Positions 1 to 9,168 are shown, counted from the stretch's first letter. The stretch is DNA of 32,000 nucleotides from Wolbachia endosymbiont of Dirofilaria (Dirofilaria) immitis (GCF_013365455.1 NZ_CP046578.1:690001-722000), one strand, 5' to 3'. Numbers and translations are program-made. Notes: a model not told the origin generated them from the letters alone.

Positions 1-1
1 G

Positions 2-763
2 TTAAAAAAAACTAACCCGTGCCTCGCTTTTATAGCTCTACATGGGCCTTACGGTGAAGACGGCTGCATTCAAGGCCTACTAGAAATCTTAGGTATAAAA
101 TATACACACTCTGGAGTTATGGCTTCTGCTGTTGCTATGAATAAAGGAATGTCTAAACACATATTTCGTTACCTCGGCATTGATACCCCAAAATGGTACA
201 TTATTAGTCAAGAAGATATACTAAAAAACAATATTAAAATTGATTATCCGTATGTTCTCAAACCAATCAACGAAGGCTCAAGCATAGGCGTACACATAAT
301 TTCTTCATATAAGGATTACCTAAATCTAAAAAATAATAATTCTATTATCATGAAAAGGATGATTGTAGAAGAATATGTTCCAGGTATAGAATTACAAACC
401 GCTGTGTTACTAGATGAAGCAATCGGTACTATGGAAATACAATCAAAAAATAAATTCTATGATTATGAAGCAAAATATACAAATGGGCTTTCAGAATACA
501 TATTTCCTGCTAAAGTCCCAGATTATATATATAAAATGACTCTAGAACATGCATTAAAAATTCATCAATTTTTAGAATGTAGAACCATCTCCCGCTCAGA
601 TTTTCGCTACAATCCTAAAAATAAAGCTTTAAAAATGCTCGAGATTAATACACATCCTGGCCTTACTGAGTTATCATTAGTGCCAAAAATCGCAAAACTG
701 ACAAAAGGAATCAGTTTTAATAAGTTAGTTCAAATTATCGTTGAAGCAACACAAAAATGTTAG
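2..763 (+). CDS. ddl: D-alanine--D-alanine ligase, 5' end outside window
   Basis: The ORF-track ORF 119..763 stays open upstream in the same frame to position 2 (LKKTNPCLAFIALHGPYGEDGCIQGLLEILGIKYTHSGV then MASAVAMNK...). ATP-grasp Ddl signatures are present: LHGPYGEDG..QG near the start and EINTHPGLTELSLVP near the C-terminus. It lies directly upstream of ftsQ, as in dcw clusters. Confidence 0.9.
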   Translation, partial: LKKTNPCLAFIALHGPYGEDGCIQGLLEILGIKYTHSGVMASAVAMNKGMSKHIFRYLGIDTPKWYIISQEDILKNNIKIDYPYVLKPINEGSSIGVHIISSYKDYLNLKNNNSIIMKRMIVEEYVPGIELQTAVLLDEAIGTMEIQSKNKFYDYEAKYTNGLSEYIFPAKVPDYIYKMTLEHALKIHQFLECRTISRSDFRYNPKNKALKMLEINTHPGLTELSLVPKIAKLTKGISFNKLVQIIVEATQKC

Positions 764-774
764 AGGTCAAGTAA

Positions 775-1494
775 ATGCTGAACAATGTTACTAGAAGCCA
801 AAAGAGTTTTTTACACAAGTGTGTTTTATTTATTACAATAGCACTCTTTCTGACATTAGTACTTTATAGATTACTTGATAAAATCACAAGTCAACTCAAT
901 TATTATCTTATTTGGTATAATAATCGCTTATCCAGTCTATTACTAAGTAATGGATTTTCAATTGATAAAGTAGTCATCACTGGTAACAAATTTACAAATG
1001 AGGAGGACATTTTAAACTTGATAAACAAAACACAACCAATTATGTATGTGTCACTATCAAAGCTCGCTGATAACATACAGTCTATAAGCAAATGGATAAA
1101 ATACGTAAGAATTTATAGAATTTTGCCAAATACCTTATACATTAACGTAGATGAACATAAACCTTTTGCTCTCTGGAACAATGATAATAAGACTTCAGTA
1201 ATCAATTCTGAAAATAAAGTGATTACAGATAACTACCTGATAGATAACCTCAATATAATCACAGAACAAAATTCGTTATCAAATCTAAAATTCACTAAAG
1301 ATGTATTAGAAAGAAAAACTCAATTAAGCAGCTATGTCTTTTCTTGTGTTCATGCAGAAAATAGAAAGTGTAACATGATACTTAACAACAGTTCCACAGT
1401 AAAACTACCTGAAGATAACCTTTATAGCACATGGGATTATTCAAACCATTTACAAAGCACAACTAGCTTCACCTTTTTAGGAATTCGAGCATGA
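775..1494 (+). CDS. ftsQ: cell division protein FtsQ
   Basis: 239 aa. An N-terminal hydrophobic helix (CVLFITIALFLTLVLY) is followed by a POTRA-like segment (IDKVVITGNKFTNEEDILNLI ... ILPNTLYINVDEHKPFALW). It starts 11 nt after the ddl stop. Confidence 0.8.
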   Translation: MLNNVTRSQKSFLHKCVLFITIALFLTLVLYRLLDKITSQLNYYLIWYNNRLSSLLLSNGFSIDKVVITGNKFTNEEDILNLINKTQPIMYVSLSKLADNIQSISKWIKYVRIYRILPNTLYINVDEHKPFALWNNDNKTSVINSENKVITDNYLIDNLNIITEQNSLSNLKFTKDVLERKTQLSSYVFSCVHAENRKCNMILNNSSTVKLPEDNLYSTWDYSNHLQSTTSFTFLGIRA

Positions 1495-1647
1495 CTGATA
1501 TGTGCACTACAGATAAAATCTTTGTGAGCAGGTAACCTGCTATCACTCAAATATTCTAATACTACTCTTTTACGAACAGTGTTGCTCAAGCACACATACT
1601 GTGATCTGAGCTTTTATGTTACTTTAATAATGATGATTCTAAGATCC

Positions 1648-1923
1648 AAAAAAGAAATATAGGTTCCAGCCTCATATGCTGAATAACAAAATTTTTTGTA
1701 AAAATAGATGTTCATTCATGATTGAAATTAACTATGAATACTCAAAAAAAATTTGCTAGCAAAAGCAAAAAAAATCCACTATAGTAGATAGTTAATCACC
1801 TTTAACTCCGCAAATTAGCATATTATACTACCTTGAACAATTTATAAGCGCACTTTAGCTTAAAAAGCTAGAAGCTCTAGGTAAAATCAATAAAGATATG
1901 AAACGAATATAGTGCAAGAAAAC
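1648..1923. repeat. copy A of a diverged ~280-bp noncoding dispersed repeat (partner at 24489..24770, same orientation)
   Basis: Hand alignment shows shared blocks: aaaaaagaaataYaggtt, ttgtaaaaa, attaactatRaatact, cttRaacaatttataagc, and a hairpin plus A-run. I estimate roughly two-thirds to three-quarters identity by eye. No ORF is conserved between the two copies. Confidence 0.6.
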
Positions 1924-2734
1924 AAGCACAAGACACCATTACATAATATTTGCATTATCAATTTGTCAAATTGACAATAATCAAACACCCCCTATCATTA
2001 CAACAAATAAGAAGACTGATAAAGTTTATAAAACAATTTCTATTAATCCAACGTACTAGAAAAAATTATACAACAGGTCTCCATTAAAGCAAAAGCATGA
2101 GTCTCTCGACTCCAGAAATCCATATTTAACTGCAAGAATAGACATTTACTAAAAAAATACACTGCGACTTTCAGCTCCGATTGAAACTCTTGATATAAAT
2201 AGCCATTTTGTAGATTATTATTATATACATCATATAACATTTGCAGGAAAGGTAGTAGTTTACCTACAAGCACCAATCTCCTACTTTTTTTGATACCTCT
2301 CCCTTGCCTGATTTTATAAAAGTAACTGTAAGTTACCCTTAATACTCATCACAGCACACTTCGATATAGATCTAGCTTAAACCCAAGTTATGCAAGGAGT
2401 AAAAGCTCTAGGCTGAGGTAATAACCTGCCAAGATTTACTACTGTGCTTGACTATATTGATAAAACATCAAAGATATTTGAAACGGCCAATTATATTAAT
2501 CGTATAGTCAATAATAAAACTAATACACAAAAAATTATGTTTCCAAGCTTAGAAAATATTACCAAGAAGTGCTTGATCATAAGACTAAGAGATTACTATT
2601 GTCTTCTTATACTTCTATTAAATAAATCTCATCTAGGTTTTAAAAGACTTTACAAAATTTGAGCTTTGTATGTATTGGATAGTAATTATAAAAGTGAAGC
2701 TAAAATTATTAGAATAATAATGTTTATTTTTATA

Positions 2735-2763
2735 TTGACTATTGAAGTTTATTATTTTATAAC
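2735..2763 (+). promoter_or_regulatory. candidate sigma-70 promoter for the rpsL operon
   Basis: TTGACT (2735-2740), a 17-nt spacer, then TATAAC (2758-2763), about 40 nt upstream of the rpsL ATG. AT-rich DNA produces such matches by chance, so this is a sequence match only. Confidence 0.3.
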
Positions 2764-2803
2764 TAAAACTTAAGTTGTTTTAATGATCCTGAGTTTTTAA
2801 TGT

Positions 2804-3178
2804 ATGCCTACGATAAATCAGTTGGTACGCAAGGGTAGGTTAAAGTTACTCTGCAAGAAGAAGGTGCCTGCTTTAGGGAAAAGTAACCCTCAGAGAAAAG
2901 GTGTCTGCACTAAAGTATACACTACAACTCCTAGGAAACCCAACTCAGCACTACGTAAAGTGGCAAGAGTAAGGATTAGTGGATATGGTGAAGTAACGGC
3001 TTATATACCTGGTGAAGGCCATAACTTACAGGAGCATTCCGTCGTTTTGATACGAGGTGGGCGAGTTAAGGATTTACCAGGTGTACGCTATCACATAATA
3101 AGAGGTACTCTTGATCTACATGGTGTACAAAATCGAAAAAAGGCTCGTTCAAAATATGGTGTAAAAAAATCTGGTTAA
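2804..3178 (+). CDS. rpsL: 30S ribosomal protein S12
   Basis: 124 aa: [12 protein letters not shown]...[12 protein letters not shown]...[32 protein letters not shown], a near-universal S12 sequence. Confidence 0.97.
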   Translation: MPTINQLVRKGRLKLLCKKKVPALGKSNPQRKGVCTKVYTTTPRKPNSALRKVARVRISGYGEVTAYIPGEGHNLQEHSVVLIRGGRVKDLPGVRYHIIRGTLDLHGVQNRKKARSKYGVKKSG

Positions 3179-3182
3179 GTTT

Positions 3183-3662
3183 ATGGCCCGTCGAAACAAA
3201 GCAAAAAAGAGGGAGATAATTCCTGATTCACGTTATGGTAGTGTTTTATTAATGCGCTTTATTAATGTCATCATGAAATGTGGCAAAAAGTCCACTGCAG
3301 AAAAGATTGTCTATAATGCTCTATCTCTAGCCGAAAAGAAAATAAAGGAAAGTGGAATATCAATTTTCGAAACGGCGGTGGAAAATGTTACTCCTTCTAT
3401 AGAAGTTCGTCCTCGTCGCATTGGCGGTGCAACTTATCAAGTACCTGTCGAGGTTAGAAAGGATAGAGCAGTTTCTTTAGCATTAAGATGGATTGCTGAA
3501 GCAGCCACTTCAGCTCGAAAAAAAAGTGGGAAAACTTCTGCTGATTGTCTACAAGCTGAAATGATAGATGCTTACAATAAACGCGGTGGCGCATTTAAGA
3601 TGTATGAAGAAAAATATAAAATGGCTGAGGCCAATAAAGCTTTTTCCCATCTTAGTTTTTAA
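3183..3662 (+). CDS. rpsG: 30S ribosomal protein S7
   Basis: 159 aa: ...[22 protein letters not shown]...MAEANKAF. Follows rpsL in str-operon order. Confidence 0.97.
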   Translation: MARRNKAKKREIIPDSRYGSVLLMRFINVIMKCGKKSTAEKIVYNALSLAEKKIKESGISIFETAVENVTPSIEVRPRRIGGATYQVPVEVRKDRAVSLALRWIAEAATSARKKSGKTSADCLQAEMIDAYNKRGGAFKMYEEKYKMAEANKAFSHLSF

Positions 3663-5746
3663 TGTTAATTAATAGTAATATGGAAATTAGTATATCTGAA
3701 TATAGAAATATAGGTATAATGGCTCATATAGATGCTGGCAAAACTACTACAACAGAGCGTATTCTATTTTATACTGGTAAACAAAACAGAATTGGCGAAG
3801 TGCATGATGGTGCAGCTTCTATGGATTGGATGGAGCAAGAAAAAGAGCGTGGTATTACAATCACATCTGCTGCTACAACTTGTTTTTGGAACGGTCATAA
3901 AATTAATATAATAGATACTCCTGGACACGTTGACTTTACTGTTGAAGTTGAAAGATCCTTAAGGATTTTAGATGGTGCAGTTGCTGTATTTGATGGAGTT
4001 GCAGGAGTAGAACCTCAATCTGAAACTGTCTGGCGTCAAGCTGATAAATATAATGTCCCTCGTATCTGTTTCATCAATAAAATGGATAGAATAGGAGCAA
4101 ATTTTCATCGATGTGTTGATATGGTTAAAAGTAAGCTAGGAGCAGTACCTTTAGTTATTCAGCTACCAATAGGGAATGAAAAAGATTTTAAGGGTGTAGT
4201 AGATCTTATCTCTATGAAAGCTATTACATGGGAAGAAGAAACATTAGGTGCTAAATTTTTCCATGAAGATATTCCGTCTAATTTACTTGATAAGGCTCAA
4301 GAGTATCGAAGTCTTTTATTAGATACCGTAGCTGGGATGGATGACGAAGCAATGAACATTTACTTTGAATTTAACGACTTACCAGTAAGTTTACTAAAGA
4401 AGTGTGTGAGAAGCGGTACCATTAAAGGAATATTTGTCCCAGTATTATGCGGATCAGCTTTTAAAAATAAAGGGGTGCAACTACTCTTAAATAGCATAGT
4501 TGATTTTTTACCTTCTCCTATTGACGTTGATGAAATTATTGGAAATAATCCTAAAGATCTAGGAAAAAAAATTGTAATCAAGCCTTCAGAACAAGAAAAA
4601 TTTGTTGCTCTTGCATTCAAAGTGATGACAGACAAATTTGTAGGCAGCTTAACATTTATTCGTATTTATTCTGGTAAGTTAAAGTCTAAGTCTACTATAT
4701 TGAATGCAGGGAAAAATGAGACTGAATGGATTGGTAGAATGCTACTCATGCACGCAAATAACAGGGAAGATATAAGTGAAGCTAAGGTTGGAGATATAGT
4801 TGCTTTGGTTGGGTTAAAAAAAACAATCACTGGTGACACTCTATGTTCACATGATTTTCCTATATTATTAGAGCGTATGGAGTTTCCTGAACCTGTTATC
4901 GAGATTGCTGTAGAACCTAAAACTACTTCAGATCAAGAAAAATTAGGTATTGCTTTGAGTAGATTAGTAGCAGAAGATCCTTCTTTAAGAATGTCAATAA
5001 ATGCAGAAAGCGGTCAGACTATATTAAAAGGCATGGGTGAGTTGCATCTTGAAATTGTCACAGACAGGGTAAAACGTGAATTTAACGTTGATGTTAATAT
5101 TAGTGCGCCCCAAGTTGCATACCGTGAGACTATCACTAAATCTGTTGAGGTTGATTACACTCACAAAAAACAATCTGGTGGTGCTGGTCAGTTTGCAAGA
5201 GTAAAGATCTTATTTGAGCCTCTTCAAGCTGGCTCTGGATTTCAATTTGAAAGTAAAATTGTAGGTGGCGCAATTCCAAAAGAATATATTCCTAGTGTGC
5301 AAAACGGTTTGGAATTAATAAAAGAGGAAGGTATAATTTCTGGTTTCCCAGTCATTGACTTTAAAGCTACTCTTATTGATGGTGCTTTTCATGAAGTCGA
5401 TTCAAGCCCTTTGGCTTTTGAGCTGGCTGCTAAAGGCGCCTTTAAAGACATGGCAAGTAAAGCTAGTCCAAAGATGTTGGAGCCTATAATGAGAGTTGAA
5501 ATTATTACACCTGAAGAGTATATGGGTGATATTATGGGTAATGTAAATAGCAGAAGAGGGCAAGTTTCAAGTATGGAAACACATAACAACAGTACTATAA
5601 TCCTTGCTTTAGTGCCTCTTGCAAGTATGTTTGGCTATATAAATGTTTTACGTTCTATATCTCAAGGAAGAGCTCAATATAGTATGCATTTTTCCTGTTA
5701 TGAGCAAGTGCCACAACGTGTAGCTGACGAGTTAAAGTATAACTAG
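3662..5746 (+). CDS. fusA: translation elongation factor G
   Basis: 694 aa with [23 protein letters not shown] and NKMDR GTPase motifs. The ATG overlaps the rpsG stop (TAATG). An alternative in-frame ATG at 3680 ([13 protein letters not shown]...) is equally plausible. Confidence 0.97.
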   Translation: MLINSNMEISISEYRNIGIMAHIDAGKTTTTERILFYTGKQNRIGEVHDGAASMDWMEQEKERGITITSAATTCFWNGHKINIIDTPGHVDFTVEVERSLRILDGAVAVFDGVAGVEPQSETVWRQADKYNVPRICFINKMDRIGANFHRCVDMVKSKLGAVPLVIQLPIGNEKDFKGVVDLISMKAITWEEETLGAKFFHEDIPSNLLDKAQEYRSLLLDTVAGMDDEAMNIYFEFNDLPVSLLKKCVRSGTIKGIFVPVLCGSAFKNKGVQLLLNSIVDFLPSPIDVDEIIGNNPKDLGKKIVIKPSEQEKFVALAFKVMTDKFVGSLTFIRIYSGKLKSKSTILNAGKNETEWIGRMLLMHANNREDISEAKVGDIVALVGLKKTITGDTLCSHDFPILLERMEFPEPVIEIAVEPKTTSDQEKLGIALSRLVAEDPSLRMSINAESGQTILKGMGELHLEIVTDRVKREFNVDVNISAPQVAYRETITKSVEVDYTHKKQSGGAGQFARVKILFEPLQAGSGFQFESKIVGGAIPKEYIPSVQNGLELIKEEGIISGFPVIDFKATLIDGAFHEVDSSPLAFELAAKGAFKDMASKASPKMLEPIMRVEIITPEEYMGDIMGNVNSRRGQVSSMETHNNSTIILALVPLASMFGYINVLRSISQGRAQYSMHFSCYEQVPQRVADELKYN

Positions 5747-5757
5747 GAGTAATAATT

Positions 5758-6930
5758 ATGGCACAAATAGTAGAGGCATTTGGTAAACCGCATGTAAATG
5801 TAGGAACAATAGGACATGTAGATCATGGGAAGACAACGTTGACAGCAGCAATAACGAAGTACTATGGACATTTCGTAGCATATGACCAAATAGATAAAGC
5901 ACCCGAAGAGAGAAAAAGGGGAATAACAATAGCAACAGCACATGTCGAGTATGAAACAGATAAGAGACACTATGCACATGTTGACTGTCCCGGGCATGCT
6001 GATTACGTAAAAAATATGATAGTAGGTGCAGCACAAATGGATGCAGCAATATTGGTAGTGTCCGGAGTCGATGGGCCAATGCCGCAAACAAGAGAGCATA
6101 TATTACTAGCAAAGCAAGTTGGTGTTAAGTATATTGTTGTGTATATAAATAAAGCTGATGTAGCTGATCATGATATGATTGGTTTAGTGGAGATGGAGGT
6201 CAGGGAATTGTTGAGCAAGTATGAATTTCCTGGTGATGATGTTCCTGTAGTGATTGGGTCTGCATTAAAAGCGCTAGAAGATGAAGACAGTGAATATGGA
6301 AAGAAGTCAATAGAAAGATTGATGGAAAAATTAGATGAATATGTAGCAGTTCCACCAAGGCCTGTGGATTTACCATTTTTGATGCCAATTGAAGATGTAT
6401 TTTCAATACCGGGACGTGGGACAGTAGTAACAGGAAGAATAGAAAGAGGAGAAATAAAAACAGGTGAAGAGATAGAGATAGTAGGTTTGAAAGCAACGCG
6501 GAAGACAATATGTACAGGAGTAGAAATGTTTAAAAAGTGCTTAGATAAGGGGTGTGCTGGGTTGAATGTAGGAGTATTGCTAAGGGGAACAAAAAGAGAA
6601 GAAGTAGAAAGGGGTCAAGTATTGGCAAAGCCAAATTCAATAACACCGCATAAGAAGTTTAAAGCAGAGGTATATGTATTGAAGAAAGAAGAGGGAGGAA
6701 GACATACACCATTTTTTGAAAATTATCAGCCGCAGTTTTATATAAGAACTACGGATGTGACAGGAAGTATAAAATTGTTAGAGGGAAAAGAGATGGTAAT
6801 GCCAGGAGATAATATAAGTATAGAAATAGAATTACAGGTACCGATAGCAATGGATAAGGGATTGCATTTTGCAATAAGAGAAGGCGGTAGAACTGTTGGT
6901 TCTGGTGTTGTTTCCGAAATTTTGGAGTAG
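5758..6930 (+). CDS. tuf: translation elongation factor Tu
   Basis: 390 aa with [22 protein letters not shown] and the C-terminal [15 protein letters not shown]. Confidence 0.97.
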   Translation: MAQIVEAFGKPHVNVGTIGHVDHGKTTLTAAITKYYGHFVAYDQIDKAPEERKRGITIATAHVEYETDKRHYAHVDCPGHADYVKNMIVGAAQMDAAILVVSGVDGPMPQTREHILLAKQVGVKYIVVYINKADVADHDMIGLVEMEVRELLSKYEFPGDDVPVVIGSALKALEDEDSEYGKKSIERLMEKLDEYVAVPPRPVDLPFLMPIEDVFSIPGRGTVVTGRIERGEIKTGEEIEIVGLKATRKTICTGVEMFKKCLDKGCAGLNVGVLLRGTKREEVERGQVLAKPNSITPHKKFKAEVYVLKKEEGGRHTPFFENYQPQFYIRTTDVTGSIKLLEGKEMVMPGDNISIEIELQVPIAMDKGLHFAIREGGRTVGSGVVSEILE

Positions 6931-6944
6931 AAAGTTTCAGCTAT

Positions 6945-7017
6945 AGGAGCGTAGCTCAATCGGTAGAGCACTGGTCTCCAAAACCAGAAGTTGTAGGTTC
7001 AATTCCTATCGCTCCTG
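6945..7017 (+). tRNA. trnW: tRNA-Trp (anticodon CCA)
   Basis: Hand-folded cloverleaf. Acceptor AGGAGCG/CGCTCCT, D arm GCTC-AATCGGTA-GAGC, anticodon arm CTGGT-CTCCAAA-ACCAG, T arm GTAGG-TTCAATT-CCTAT, discriminator G. No encoded CCA. It sits in the classic position between tuf and secE. Confidence 0.9.
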
Positions 7018-7036
7018 CATTAATATTGTATTAGAG

Positions 7037-7237
7037 ATGTTAAAAAATTTGAGTAGTTTTTTTTATGATATAAAACAAGAAATAAGAAAAGTTGTCTGGG
7101 CAAAAAAGCAAGAGGTATTGTCGTCTTTATTTGTTGTAGCAGGCATTATATTATGCTTCTCAATTTTCTTTTGTTTAGTAGATTTTATATCTCTTTATAC
7201 AATTAAAGCTTTATTTGGAATCGTTTATGGAATATAA
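7037..7237 (+). CDS. secE: preprotein translocase subunit SecE
   Basis: 66 aa: a basic N-terminus (EIRKVVWAKKQEV) then a single TM helix (LSSLFVVAGIILCFSIFFCLV). Conserved position upstream of nusG. Confidence 0.8.
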   Translation: MLKNLSSFFYDIKQEIRKVVWAKKQEVLSSLFVVAGIILCFSIFFCLVDFISLYTIKALFGIVYGI

Positions 7238-8057
7238 ATGGTATATCATCAAAATTAATTATGGGCATGAAAAACATGTACGTGAATTGGCAAATAATGC
7301 TCCCTACTTCAAGGAGGTATTTATTCCTTATCAAATAATGTGCAGTTCAAAATCTGATACACAAGAGCCATGTAATATATATATATATATGCATCTATGT
7401 GACAGGAGCAAGGATATATTGAATCAAACATTAAAATGCTGTAGCGATGTAACTAGTGATCTTGAAACAGTCTCAGATGATGAAGTAAGTCTGAAGCGTA
7501 GAGAATTCAATAAGTATAAATGGTATATCTTGAGAGTCGTTTCTAACTACGAGGAGAAAGTATGTCAACACATATTAGAAAATTCTATGAGATTAGGGGT
7601 CAGTAATTACTTTAAGGAAGTTTTTATTCCATATGAAGAACCAAATGAAGCAGAGTTAAGATCTAAAAAAACTGCCATGCGAAGAAAGTGCTTTCCAGGT
7701 TATGTCTTTTTATATGTAAATCTGTGCGACGAAGTGCTAAATTTTATTAATAATATACCAAAATCTCTTAAAGTTTATGGATTCTTAAAAAATGGTAACC
7801 TTCCTAAGGTAATCTCTAATGATGAGATTTACTTAATGTGTAATGCACTCTATAATGCTCAAGAAAAGAGAAAATTAAGTCACGGCTATGAAAAAGGAGA
7901 AAAAGTAAAGATTAATGATGGTCTTTTTCAAAATTTCACTGGCAAAGTAGACATGATTAATGATGAGAAAAAAATTATTAACGTAGAAGTGTCAATTCTA
8001 GGTAAACCAACAATAATAGAGTTAGATTTAGTTCAAGTAGAGAAAGTAGAAAATTAG
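7215..8057 (+). CDS. nusG: transcription termination/antitermination factor NusG with a duplicated, diverged N-terminal NGN domain
   Basis: 280 aa. The C-terminal KOW is GEKVKINDGLFQNFTGKVDMIN...VEVSILGKPTIIELDLVQVEKV. The canonical NGN is KYKWYILRVVSNYEEKV...YFKEVFIPYEE...CFPGYVFLYVNL. It is preceded by a second, degraded NGN-like copy (EYKWYIIKINYGHEKHV...YFKEVFIPYQ...IYIYMHLCD). The likely start is ATG 7227 or 7215, overlapping the secE 3' end. Confidence 0.85.
   Translation: MESFMEYKWYIIKINYGHEKHVRELANNAPYFKEVFIPYQIMCSSKSDTQEPCNIYIYMHLCDRSKDILNQTLKCCSDVTSDLETVSDDEVSLKRREFNKYKWYILRVVSNYEEKVCQHILENSMRLGVSNYFKEVFIPYEEPNEAELRSKKTAMRRKCFPGYVFLYVNLCDEVLNFINNIPKSLKVYGFLKNGNLPKVISNDEIYLMCNALYNAQEKRKLSHGYEKGEKVKINDGLFQNFTGKVDMINDEKKIINVEVSILGKPTIIELDLVQVEKVEN
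7375..7390 (+). repeat. (AT)8 dinucleotide microsatellite inside the nusG N-terminal extension
   Basis: The sequence atatatatatatatat is read directly. It encodes ..IYIY.. and runs straight into an in-frame ATG at 7389-7391. Confidence 0.95.
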
Positions 8058-8059
8058 CT

Positions 8060-8500
8060 ATGAGTGGTATAATTGCCAAGATTAACTTATTAATAGAAGC
8101 AGGGAAAGCAGTCCCTTCTCCAAAGATTGCTTCAGTACTCGGCCCACGTGGTATATCAGTCCCTAAGTTTTGCGAGGCTTTCAATAAAGTGACCAGCACA
8201 GCTAATGCCAATTACAAAGTAGGTGATTTAGTAACAGTTCGAATTTCCATAAAGGATGACCGTTCCCACAATTTTATTATCAGTGGCCCACCTGTAGCTT
8301 ACTTACTTAAGCAAGAAGCCAAATTAAATAAAGGCTCTCGTGAGCCAGGTAAAGAACTGGTGGTCAAGTTGGCTATGTCTGCTATAATTAAGATAGCAAG
8401 ACATAAAATGGTTGATATGAAAGTGGATAATGAAAATTCAGCAGTAAAAATGATTATAGGCACTGCTAAGTCTATGGGCATAGAAGTTATAAAAGGTTAA
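8060..8500 (+). CDS. rplK: 50S ribosomal protein L11
   Basis: 146 aa: ...[30 protein letters not shown].., a typical L11 N-terminal domain. Starts 2 nt after the nusG stop. Confidence 0.95.
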   Translation: MSGIIAKINLLIEAGKAVPSPKIASVLGPRGISVPKFCEAFNKVTSTANANYKVGDLVTVRISIKDDRSHNFIISGPPVAYLLKQEAKLNKGSREPGKELVVKLAMSAIIKIARHKMVDMKVDNENSAVKMIIGTAKSMGIEVIKG

Positions 8501-8504
8501 AAAT

Positions 8505-9164
8505 ATGGGTACACATTATGATAATCTTAAGCAATGTTTAGAAAAGATTATCAAGTCCGCTCCAGCAAAGTTTAACGAATCAATTGATATTGCAGTCAAT
8601 TTAGGTATAAACTCACGTAAATCTGAAGAGCAAGTACGTGGTATAGTAGTTTTACCTAAAGGTGTTGGAAAAGATATCAAAGTAGCTGTTTTTATTCAAA
8701 GTAATCATTTATTAGAAGTTGAAAAAGTCAGTGCTGATATTATAGGAGGAGAGGATCTAGTTGAAGAGATAAAAAAAGGTAGAAAGCTAGATGTTGATTG
8801 GTGTATCACTACTCCTGACTTTATAACAAAAATTACTCCTATTGCAAAAATACTAAGTGCTAAAGGGCTGATGCCTAATCCTAAATTTGGCACAGTAACT
8901 CCTAATATTGCAGGGACTATTAAAACCATTAAATCTGGTCAAGTAAAGTTCAGAACGGATAAAAATGGTATCATTCATAGTAAATTAGGAAATATCAAGT
9001 TCAGCATTGATGATTTACTAGAAAATTTTAAAGCTTTTCTTAAAGCAATTAAAAACAATAAGCCTATTTCTGCAAAGGGGGTATACTTTAAAAACGTCTT
9101 TTTAAGTTCAACTATGGGAAAAGCTTATGAAATAAGCAAAGTGGAAGATATAATCAGGGAGTAA
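8505..9164 (+). CDS. rplA: 50S ribosomal protein L1
   Basis: 219 aa: [42 protein letters not shown] matches the L1 core. The N-terminus looks about 10 aa shorter than E. coli L1. Confidence 0.93.
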   Translation: MGTHYDNLKQCLEKIIKSAPAKFNESIDIAVNLGINSRKSEEQVRGIVVLPKGVGKDIKVAVFIQSNHLLEVEKVSADIIGGEDLVEEIKKGRKLDVDWCITTPDFITKITPIAKILSAKGLMPNPKFGTVTPNIAGTIKTIKSGQVKFRTDKNGIIHSKLGNIKFSIDDLLENFKAFLKAIKNNKPISAKGVYFKNVFLSSTMGKAYEISKVEDIIRE

Positions 9165-9168
9165 TAAA

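Noticed and set aside
2444-2662. A 72-codon ORF beginning MLDYIDKTSKIF, faintly reminiscent of the FtsA N-terminal LDIGTSKI phosphate-binding motif
   Set aside because: The similarity is limited to about 6 residues with two insertions. Nothing downstream resembles FtsA, and only 360 nt remain before rpsL. It is too weak to call an ftsA remnant.
5743-6112. Two overlapping 118-codon antisense ORFs opposite the 5' third of tuf
   Set aside because: They lie opposite an unmistakable EF-Tu frame. Their low-complexity Cys/Leu/Tyr-rich translations have no motifs. Their openness is explained by the T-poor, purine-rich sense strand, which removes antisense stop codons.
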